Positions 21,763 to 29,590 of a DNA stretch of 64,000 bases are shown one piece after another. Numbering within the stretch: position 1 is the stretch's first letter; the number at the start of each line of letters is the position of its first letter. The notes under the pieces are model-generated. The model worked only from the letters and a program-made list of their open reading frames with translations, was not told where the DNA came from and did no database searches. A program made the position numbers and the translations under genes. This DNA comes from Escherichia coli (GTDB lineage Bacteria; Pseudomonadota; Gammaproteobacteria; Enterobacterales; Enterobacteriaceae), in assembly GCF_044324875.1 (NCBI RefSeq), contig NZ_CP172185.1; one strand, given 5' to 3'.

Positions 21763-23658
21763 ATGGCAGGGATATATCGCTGCATTTTGCTGTTGATAGT
21801 TGGGCTTTTTTTCTCTTCGTTGAGTTATCCGAAAAACACGGAGATCCCTTTTTATGAAGAAGGGATCTCGCTCTTTGATGTTGAAGCCACTCTGCAACCG
21901 GATGGGGTGCTCGACATCAAAGAAAATATTCATTTTCAGGCGCGAAATCAGCAGATTAAGCACGGATTTTATCGTGATTTACCACGACTCTGGATGCAGC
22001 CTGATGGGGACGCTGCACTGCTGAACTATCATATTGTTGGCGTCACCCGTGATGGTATTCCTGAACCCTGGCATCTTGACTGGCATATCGGGTTAATGAG
22101 TATTGTCGTGGGCGATAAACAACGTTTCTTGCCTCAAGGCGACTATCATTATCAAATTCATTATCAGGTTAAAAATGCTTTCCTGCGTGAGGGAGATTCA
22201 GATCTGTTAATCTGGAACGTGACTGGTAACCACTGGCCGTTTGAAATCTATAAGACCCGATTTTCACTCAAGTTCCCTGATATCGCGGGTAATCCATTTA
22301 GCGAAATCGATCTCTTTACTGGAGAAGAGGGCGACACATATCGAAATGGCCGCATCCTTGAGGACGGAAGAATTGAATCCCGCGATCCGTTTTATCGTGA
22401 AGATTTCACGGTACTCTACCGCTGGCCTCACGCTTTACTTAGCAATGCCCCGGCTCCACAAACGACGAATATTTTCAGCCATCTTCTTTTACCCTCCACG
22501 TCATCGTTGTTAATTTGGTTTCCGTGTCTATTCCTGGTTTGTGGATGGTTATATCTCTGGAAGCGCAGGCCGCAATTTACGCCGGTAGATGTGATTGAAA
22601 CCGATGTCATTCCGCCAGATTACACGCCCGGCATGTTACGTCTCGATGCGAAGCTGGTTTACGACGATAAAGGTTTTTGTGCCGATATCGTAAATCTGAT
22701 TGTGAAAGGCAAAATTCATCTGAAAGATCAGTATGACAAGAACCAGCAAATCCTGATTCGTGTTAATGAAGGCGCGACCAGAAATAATGCGGTATTACTG
22801 CCCGCAGAGAAGTTATTACTGGAAGCGTTATTTCGTAAAGGCGATAAGGTCGTTCTTACGGGGAGACGCAACAGAGTCTTACGCAGTGCATTTTTACGGA
22901 TGCAGAAATTTTATCTGCCGCGTAAAAAGTCTTCGTTTTACCGGCCTGATACGTTTTTGCAATGGGGCGGAATGGCGATATTGGCGGTCATTCTCTATGG
23001 TAACCTGAGTCCCGTAGGTTGGGCAGGAATGAGTCTGGTTGGCGATATGTTTATTATGATCTGCTGGCTTCTTCCTTTTTTATTTTGTTCCCTTGAGCTT
23101 TTGTTTGCCCGCGATGATGACAAGCCTTGCGTTAATCGTGTAATCATCACTTTGTTTTTACCGCTGATTTGTTCAGGCGTGGCCTTTTACTCTCTCTATA
23201 TCAATGTCGGAGATGTATTCTTTTACTGGTATATGCCAGCGGGTTATTTTAGCGCTGTTTTCCTGACCGGTTATCTCACTGGCATAGGGTATATTTTTCT
23301 GCCAAAGTTTACCCAAACTGGGCAGCAACGTTATGCCCACGGTGAAGCTATCGTTAACTATCTTGCGGGTAAAGAGGCAGCAACACACAGTGGGCGGCGG
23401 CGGAAAGGGGAAACACGGAAACTGGATTACGCGTTGTTAGGTTGGGCGGTCTCGGCAAACCTTGGCAGAGAATGGGCAGCACGTATCACCCCATCACTCA
23501 CAGCGGCTGTTCGCGCCCCGGAAATTGCCCGTAGTGGCGTTTTGTTCTCATTACAGATGCACCTGAGTCTGGGGGCCAATACCAGTTTGTTGGGGCGAAG
23601 TTATTCCGGTGGTGGTGCTGGCGGCGGGGCGGGTGGCGGAGGCGGTGGTGGCTGGTAA
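21763..23658 (+). CDS. yciQ: DUF2207 family membrane protein YciQ
   Basis: 631 aa with N-terminal signal/TM, central TM cluster and Gly-rich C-terminal tail. Confidence 0.88.
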   Translation: MAGIYRCILLLIVGLFFSSLSYPKNTEIPFYEEGISLFDVEATLQPDGVLDIKENIHFQARNQQIKHGFYRDLPRLWMQPDGDAALLNYHIVGVTRDGIPEPWHLDWHIGLMSIVVGDKQRFLPQGDYHYQIHYQVKNAFLREGDSDLLIWNVTGNHWPFEIYKTRFSLKFPDIAGNPFSEIDLFTGEEGDTYRNGRILEDGRIESRDPFYREDFTVLYRWPHALLSNAPAPQTTNIFSHLLLPSTSSLLIWFPCLFLVCGWLYLWKRRPQFTPVDVIETDVIPPDYTPGMLRLDAKLVYDDKGFCADIVNLIVKGKIHLKDQYDKNQQILIRVNEGATRNNAVLLPAEKLLLEALFRKGDKVVLTGRRNRVLRSAFLRMQKFYLPRKKSSFYRPDTFLQWGGMAILAVILYGNLSPVGWAGMSLVGDMFIMICWLLPFLFCSLELLFARDDDKPCVNRVIITLFLPLICSGVAFYSLYINVGDVFFYWYMPAGYFSAVFLTGYLTGIGYIFLPKFTQTGQQRYAHGEAIVNYLAGKEAATHSGRRRKGETRKLDYALLGWAVSANLGREWAARITPSLTAAVRAPEIARSGVLFSLQMHLSLGANTSLLGRSYSGGGAGGGAGGGGGGGW

Positions 23659-23868
23659 TTAAGCTGATGTTAATCGAAACAAGCTTTAACCATAAAGATA
23701 GTGTAGTATGTTGCGCCTCAAAGCCAGGCCGATAAACGTCGAGTCGTTTACTTAAGGCCTGAAGAGTTCAAACAGACTTTACTATCAGTGAGTCAGATGT
23801 AAGTTCTGACTCACTGTTGCACAAAAGCATATCAGACGCCTGGGAAGGCGACACCAAAAGGAAGCTCT

Positions 23869-24744
23869 ATGAGCGAAAAGCTACAGAAAGTGCTGGCGCG
23901 TGCCGGCCACGGCTCTCGCCGTGAAATCGAATCTATTATTGAAGCCGGTCGTGTGAGTGTTGATGGCAAAATTGCTAAACTCGGCGATCGCGTTGAAATT
24001 ACCCCTGGATTGAAAATCCGTATCGATGGTCACCTGATTTCGGTACGTGAGTCCGCTGAACAAATTTGTCGCGTTCTGGCCTATTACAAACCGGAAGGTG
24101 AGTTGTGTACCCGTAACGATCCGGAAGGGCGTCCAACGGTGTTTGACCGTCTGCCAAAGCTGCGTGGCGCACGCTGGATTGCCGTGGGTCGCCTGGACGT
24201 TAATACCTGTGGTCTGCTGCTGTTCACTACCGACGGTGAACTGGCAAACCGTTTAATGCATCCAAGCCGTGAAGTTGAACGTGAATATGCCGTGCGTGTA
24301 TTTGGTCAGGTTGACGACGCGAAACTGCGTGATTTGAGTCGTGGCGTGCAGCTGGAAGATGGTCCGGCAGCCTTTAAAACCATCAAGTTCAGCGGCGGCG
24401 AAGGGATCAACCAGTGGTACAACGTAACTCTGACCGAAGGCCGTAACCGTGAAGTTCGTCGTCTTTGGGAAGCGGTTGGTGTGCAGGTAAGCCGCCTGAT
24501 CCGTGTTCGTTACGGTGATATCCCACTGCCGAAAGGTCTGCCACGCGGTGGCTGGACGGAGCTGGACCTCGCCCAGACTAACTATCTACGCGAACTGGTG
24601 GAGCTACCGCCAGAAACCAGCTCTAAAGTCGCTGTAGAAAAAGACCGTCGTCGTATGAAGGCGAATCAGATTCGTCGAGCGGTTAAGCGTCACAGTCAGG
24701 TGAGCGGCGGTCGTCGTTCTGGTGGACGTAATAATAACGGTTAA
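23869..24744 (+). CDS. rluB: 23S rRNA pseudouridine synthase B
   Basis: 291 aa; S4 domain plus RsuA-family catalytic core, Arg/Gly-rich C-terminus. Confidence 0.93.
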   Translation: MSEKLQKVLARAGHGSRREIESIIEAGRVSVDGKIAKLGDRVEITPGLKIRIDGHLISVRESAEQICRVLAYYKPEGELCTRNDPEGRPTVFDRLPKLRGARWIAVGRLDVNTCGLLLFTTDGELANRLMHPSREVEREYAVRVFGQVDDAKLRDLSRGVQLEDGPAAFKTIKFSGGEGINQWYNVTLTEGRNREVRRLWEAVGVQVSRLIRVRYGDIPLPKGLPRGGWTELDLAQTNYLRELVELPPETSSKVAVEKDRRRMKANQIRRAVKRHSQVSGGRRSGGRNNNG

Positions 24745-24763
24745 TTTAAGATAAGTATAAAAT

Positions 24764-24787
24764 AAAGGCCCTGCGGGGCCTTTTCTT
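24764..24787 (+). terminator. rluB intrinsic terminator
   Basis: AGGCCC-tgcg-GGGCCT hairpin followed by TTTTCTT 20 nt after rluB stop. Confidence 0.75.
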
Positions 24788-24913
24788 CATTTGAAGCATG
24801 ATAAATAGTCGCAGTATTTTAATTTAATTTCATACTTGCTTATGAATAATACCCGGAAATAGCCACATTACTATTTAATTATCTGAGATAAACTCAACGT
24901 CAAGAGGTGGGTT

Positions 24914-25936
24914 ATGATTAGATATAGTGGAATATTTCTATCGCTGTTAATGCTTTCAGGTTGTGCAACTGAAGCATTGAAAAACGAACAAGCTGAAACT
25001 GTTATTACTGCGGGTAACAAAGCAGTAGCGGCGAATGCAAGTTTCTTTAAACAATACTATGCTTCTCGTGAAAACTTCCTTGTTAATTTTTATGCGACTA
25101 ATCCGGATTGTGCACCTCGACCAGATTATGAGGTAGTTATTGAAAACAGTACCAGTGATGAGTCATTATGTCAGCAACCTGGAGATAAGCACAAAAAATC
25201 TCAAGAAGATCTTTTTATTACAAAGATAGTCGCTACTGAAAAAGAAAGATTGCTGGCTTCTATGGAAATCATTAGCAGTATGAGTTCTTATGTCGAACTT
25301 TTGAATGAGGATTTAGATGTTAAAGACAGCAAACAGTTCATATTGCTTAAACAAGCTCTGGATCACGCGAATAATGCGGGGGCACTTCTGGGCATCAATG
25401 ATGGTGGAACATTAACAAAATCTGCAGCAGCGGTTAAAGATTTAGTGGTTTATTTCAATGGGTTGTATAATACAAGGGTAAGCGCAGGGAATATAGGTAG
25501 TACGGTAAATAATCATTGGCAAAGAATAAAAAATGATCTAACTGATATACGAAACGATATCGCGACAAAAGGTAAACAAACTGGAAGAAATACCTTTGCG
25601 ACGGTACATAATAATCTCGTTTATTACAATGCCTCCTTAAAAAAAGGAGGAGGTAATGAATTTAAGACATTGAAGAGCAGACAAGAATTCCTGGCTGCGA
25701 TTATCAGTATTAATGAAACACGTCTTCGTGCAGCAGATCCAGCTATTCCAGCAATACAAGCACTGAACTCATTTCTTGACGAGGGGAATCACCTTAAGGA
25801 TTTATACACTAATAAAATACGCACAGCGGCTGAACAAAAAAGGCTAAATGAAATATTACGCGCACAGGTCATTAGTGGGTTAAAGGCGTCTGAGGGGCTG
25901 GCAAAACTACTTATTGCCAGCGGAATAATGTTATAG
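24914..25936 (+). CDS. predicted lipoprotein of unknown function (340 aa; AT-rich accessory gene absent from K-12 order)
   Basis: SD AAGAGGTG 6 nt before ATG; signal peptide MIRYSGIFLSLLMLSGC with lipobox L-S-G-C, +2 Ala; AT-rich codon usage; no family recognised. Confidence 0.75.
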   Translation: MIRYSGIFLSLLMLSGCATEALKNEQAETVITAGNKAVAANASFFKQYYASRENFLVNFYATNPDCAPRPDYEVVIENSTSDESLCQQPGDKHKKSQEDLFITKIVATEKERLLASMEIISSMSSYVELLNEDLDVKDSKQFILLKQALDHANNAGALLGINDGGTLTKSAAAVKDLVVYFNGLYNTRVSAGNIGSTVNNHWQRIKNDLTDIRNDIATKGKQTGRNTFATVHNNLVYYNASLKKGGGNEFKTLKSRQEFLAAIISINETRLRAADPAIPAIQALNSFLDEGNHLKDLYTNKIRTAAEQKRLNEILRAQVISGLKASEGLAKLLIASGIML

Positions 25937-25948
25937 GAGGGGCTTTTT

Positions 25949-26257
25949 ATGAACGATGTACAAAACCGTAGAATATTGGCATTACTTGATATGCTGTATA
26001 ATACTCTGGGCAACAAAACCACATGCAAGGTTTGTCATAAATATTTTATCCTTATCCTCACGGTGATGAACAATCTGACGATTAACTACGGTACTGAAAC
26101 TTCGCCAGAGTTAAGCGGAATCAGTTATGAAGATGCCAATGCGTTAATTACTGAACTGATATTATTTATTGAAGATGTTGACGCTGAGAATCATGAAGCA
26201 TATCCGGGACATTTGAATGAGATTAAACGGATTCTGAGTTTTGCTATTGCCGCTTGA
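25949..26257 (+). CDS. small hypothetical protein (102 aa) co-transcribed with upstream lipoprotein
   Basis: SD TAGGAGG overlaps stop of upstream ORF, ATG 12 nt downstream; no signal peptide; CKVCH motif, acidic C-terminal half; AT-rich. Confidence 0.65.
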   Translation: MNDVQNRRILALLDMLYNTLGNKTTCKVCHKYFILILTVMNNLTINYGTETSPELSGISYEDANALITELILFIEDVDAENHEAYPGHLNEIKRILSFAIAA

Positions 26258-26271
26258 ATATAATTATGATT

Positions 26272-26306
26272 AAAGCACCTCAAGAGGCGATCTTTTGAGG
26301 TGCTTT
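26272..26306. terminator. perfect 12-bp stem hairpin abutting btuR stop (bidirectional terminator candidate)
   Basis: AAAGCACCTCAA-gaggcgatctt-TTGAGGTGCTTT read directly; lies between the small ORF and convergent btuR. Confidence 0.65.
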
Positions 26307-26309
26307 CAC

Positions 26310-26900
26310 TTAATAATCAATCCCTATTTGCGCCTTAACACCGGCATCAAACGCATGTTTGATGGGGCGCAGCTCACTTACCGTATCCGCCAATTCAAGA
26401 ATATCCCGATGACAACCACGACCCGTGATAATCACCGTCTGTTGATGTGGACGTTCATTTAACGCCTGCACCACTTCTTCCAGTGGCAAATAGTCATACG
26501 CCACCATATACGTCAGTTCATCGAGCAAAACCATATCCAGTGAAGGATTGGCAAGCATCCGCTTTGCATGTTGCCAGACTTCGCGACAGGCGGCGGTATC
26601 AGACTCGCGGTTTTGTGTATCCCAGGTAAAGCCCGTTGCCATCACCTGAAATTCAACGCCGTGTGGTTCCAGCAGATTTCGTTCGCCATTAGGCCAGGTG
26701 CCTTTAATAAACTGCACGACGCCCACTTTTTTTCCGTGACCAACTGCGCGTGTTGCCGTACCAAATGCCGCGGTGGTTTTGCCTTTTCCATTGCCGGTAA
26801 AGACGATGATAATACCGCGTTCATCCTGGGCCTGGGCCACACGAGCATCGACTTTTTCTTTCACTCGCTGCTGACGCTGTTGGTAGCGTTCATCACTCAT
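26310..26900 (-). CDS. btuR: cob(I)alamin/cobinamide ATP:corrinoid adenosyltransferase
   Basis: 196 aa; P-loop GNGKGKTTAAFG; 4-nt overlap with yciK. Confidence 0.93.
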   Translation of the reverse strand: MSDERYQQRQQRVKEKVDARVAQAQDERGIIIVFTGNGKGKTTAAFGTATRAVGHGKKVGVVQFIKGTWPNGERNLLEPHGVEFQVMATGFTWDTQNRESDTAACREVWQHAKRMLANPSLDMVLLDELTYMVAYDYLPLEEVVQALNERPHQQTVIITGRGCHRDILELADTVSELRPIKHAFDAGVKAQIGIDY

Positions 26901-27655
26901 TGGGAAATTCCTGGTTTACGGCCCGGTTGGGCGTCAAAGGTCATGCCGGTTTTACGGCGGCTGTCATCACCCATCAGCCAGAGGTAGAGCGGCATGATAT
27001 CAGCGGGTGTTTTAAGTTTCTGTGGATCTTCGGTCGGGAAGGCGCTGGCACGCATTGCGGTGCGCGTACCGCCTGGGTTAATGCAGTTGACGCGCAGGCG
27101 CTGCTGATATTCATCGGCCAGTACCTGCATCATCCCTTCGGTGGCAAATTTCGACGCTGCATATGCGCCCCAGTTTGCACGCCCCTGACGTCCAACGCTT
27201 GATGAAGTAAAGACCAGTGAACCCGCGTCCGATTTGAGTAATAAAGGAAGCAGTGCCTGGGTGAGCATAAAGGTAGCATTAACGTTGACCTGCATGACGT
27301 CCTGCCAGACCTGCGGATTTTGTTCGCTCATTGGGCAAACATCGCCGAGCAATCCGGCATTATGCAAAACACCATCCAGACGCGGATAATTAACGGCAAT
27401 GCGCTGCGCCAGTTGTTGGCAATCTTCGGACGTGCAGGTCAGCAAATCGAGAATAAACCACTGTGGCTGACGCCCAGTTTCTTCGTTTATGTGGCTGGCT
27501 ACCTGACGTAATTTTTCTTCATTACGGCCTAACAGAATCACTGTCGCACCATAGCGTGCATACGTCATCGCGGCTTCACGGCCAATACCATCGCTGGCTC
27601 CCGTCACCAGGATAATGCGATCATTGAGTAAATCTTGTTTTGGCTGGTAATGCAT
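26897..27655 (-). CDS. yciK: SDR-family oxidoreductase YciK
   Basis: 252 aa; Rossmann motif TGASDGIG and YxxxK active site. Confidence 0.9.
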   Translation of the reverse strand: MHYQPKQDLLNDRIILVTGASDGIGREAAMTYARYGATVILLGRNEEKLRQVASHINEETGRQPQWFILDLLTCTSEDCQQLAQRIAVNYPRLDGVLHNAGLLGDVCPMSEQNPQVWQDVMQVNVNATFMLTQALLPLLLKSDAGSLVFTSSSVGRQGRANWGAYAASKFATEGMMQVLADEYQQRLRVNCINPGGTRTAMRASAFPTEDPQKLKTPADIMPLYLWLMGDDSRRKTGMTFDAQPGRKPGISQ

Positions 27656-27874
27656 GGCTACTCCTCAACGACGTTGTCTGTCGCGCTGCCAGTGTACTTT
27701 ATGACTTTGGGGCTTTATGCCTGAAACAGAAGGGCATTTCAATCAGCCTGGGGCGATAACACCGCAAAATGGATACTTTGTCATACTTTCGCTGCAATAA
27801 CATCTCTGCGAGACGGCTTAACATGCCTGTTGTAAACTGTCAGCCAAAGCGTTGTTTAACCAAGGTGGGGACTC

Positions 27875-28924
27875 GTGGAATTGTTGTCTGAATATGGTTT
27901 GTTTTTGGCGAAAATCGTTACCGTTGTGCTAGCGATTGCGGCGATTGCCGCCATTATTGTCAATGTTGCTCAACGTAATAAACGCCAGCGTGGCGAGTTA
28001 CGGGTCAACAATCTCAGCGAACAGTATAAGGAGATGAAAGAAGAACTGGCCGCGGCGCTGATGGACTCACATCAGCAAAAACAGTGGCACAAAGCGCAGA
28101 AGAAAAAGCACAAGCAAGAAGCGAAAGCAGCAAAAGCGAAAGCCAAACTGGGCGAGGTGGCAACTGACAGTAAACCTCGCGTCTGGGTGCTGGATTTTAA
28201 AGGCAGCATGGACGCCCATGAAGTGAACTCGCTACGTGAAGAGATAACGGCGGTACTCGCAGCATTCAAACCGCAGGATCAGGTTGTGCTACGTCTGGAA
28301 AGCCCTGGTGGCATGGTGCATGGTTACGGGCTGGCGGCTTCGCAGCTGCAGCGTCTGCGTGATAAAAACATTCCTTTAACTGTTACGGTAGACAAAGTCG
28401 CTGCCAGTGGCGGTTACATGATGGCCTGTGTGGCAGACAAAATTGTTTCCGCACCGTTTGCTATTGTGGGTTCCATTGGGGTGGTGGCGCAAATGCCCAA
28501 CTTTAACCGCTTCCTGAAAAGCAAAGATATTGATATCGAACTGCACACCGCCGGGCAGTATAAGCGCACGCTGACCTTGCTGGGTGAAAATACCGAAGAA
28601 GGGCGGGAGAAATTCCGCGAAGAGCTGAACGAAACGCATCAGTTATTTAAAGATTTTGTGAAGCGTATGCGTCCGTCTCTGGATATTGATCAGGTGGCAA
28701 CGGGTGAACACTGGTACGGACAACAGGCGGTAGAGAAAGGCCTGGTTGATGAAATCAACACCAGTGATGAAGTTATTCTTAGCCTGATGGAAGGCCGTGA
28801 AGTGGTCAATGTACGCTATATGCAGCGTAAACGACTCATTGACCGATTCACCGGCAGCGCGGCAGAGAGCGCCGATCGATTGTTGCTACGCTGGTGGCAG
28901 CGGGGTCAAAAGCCATTGATGTAA
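27875..28924 (+). CDS. sohB: S49-family periplasmic protease SohB
   Basis: 349 aa from GTG start; N-terminal TM helix then ClpP/SppA-like fold. Confidence 0.9.
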   Translation: MELLSEYGLFLAKIVTVVLAIAAIAAIIVNVAQRNKRQRGELRVNNLSEQYKEMKEELAAALMDSHQQKQWHKAQKKKHKQEAKAAKAKAKLGEVATDSKPRVWVLDFKGSMDAHEVNSLREEITAVLAAFKPQDQVVLRLESPGGMVHGYGLAASQLQRLRDKNIPLTVTVDKVAASGGYMMACVADKIVSAPFAIVGSIGVVAQMPNFNRFLKSKDIDIELHTAGQYKRTLTLLGENTEEGREKFREELNETHQLFKDFVKRMRPSLDIDQVATGEHWYGQQAVEKGLVDEINTSDEVILSLMEGREVVNVRYMQRKRLIDRFTGSAAESADRLLLRWWQRGQKPLM

Positions 28925-28959
28925 AAGACAAACGCGAGGCTAAGACCTCGCGTTTTGCT

Positions 28960-29211
28960 TTAATCAACCAGGTGATATTTTTCTGAAAGCACATGGGCCA
29001 GGTGTTTGAACATATTAAACACCGCGGTGCTTTTGGCTGTTGGCAATCCTTGTTCATCTAAAAAGTAGTCGCCGGTAAATACCAGCACGCCATTACGCTG
29101 CGTGACGCCGGTGGCTTCAATCCCTGCGAGCGTATCCTCATGCTCACGAATGATTTTGTTGGCCTCTTTCAACAGCGTTTCGCGGTCGATGGGTTGTGTC
29201 TCTTTGTTCAT
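28960..29211 (-). CDS. yciN: DUF2498 protein YciN
   Basis: 83-aa ORF in conserved position upstream of topA. Confidence 0.88.
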
Positions 29212-29590
29212 TATTTACTCCTTAAACAAGGACATTAGTCTACGCCAGGCATGGCTTGCAGACAAATATACCACGCTGGTGGCAAGAGCGCCTTACTGGC
29301 AACTTTGGATTTTGCATGCTAATAAAGTTGCGTATCGGATTTTATCAGGTACAGTGTGACGCTTTCGTCAATCTGGCAATAGATTTGCTTGACATTCGAC
29401 CAAAATTCCGTCGTGCTATAGCGCCTGTAGGCCAAGACCTGTTAACTCAGTCACCTGAATTTTCGTGAACAGAGTCACGACAAGGGGTTGATATCCGCAG
29501 AGAGCGAGTCCATATCGGTAACTCGTTGCCAGTGGAAGGTTTATCAACGTGCGACGCATTCCTGGAAGAATCAAATTAGGTAAGGTGAAT

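Noticed and set aside
24745-26310. Whether the rluB-btuR insertion is a prophage remnant, IS element or integron cassette
   Set aside because: No integrase, transposase or recombinase ORF, no terminal inverted repeats, no tRNA target and no attC-like site seen; treated as cargo of unknown origin rather than a mobile element.
29549-29590. N-terminal extensions of ORFs beyond the chosen starts (e.g. top[15 protein letters not shown], puuA, puuC, puuP, ribA, pyrF, yciO, yciU, yciW)
   Set aside because: Downstream ATG/GTG starts have proper SD spacing and give the protein lengths and N-termini I recall for E. coli; the upstream in-frame codons lack SD.
29212-29590. Pinpointing individual topA promoters (P1-P4) in the yciN-topA region
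   Set aside because: Several -35/-10-like hexamers are visible, but I cannot assign them to the known sigma-70/sigma-32/sigma-S promoters without alignment to mapped start sites.
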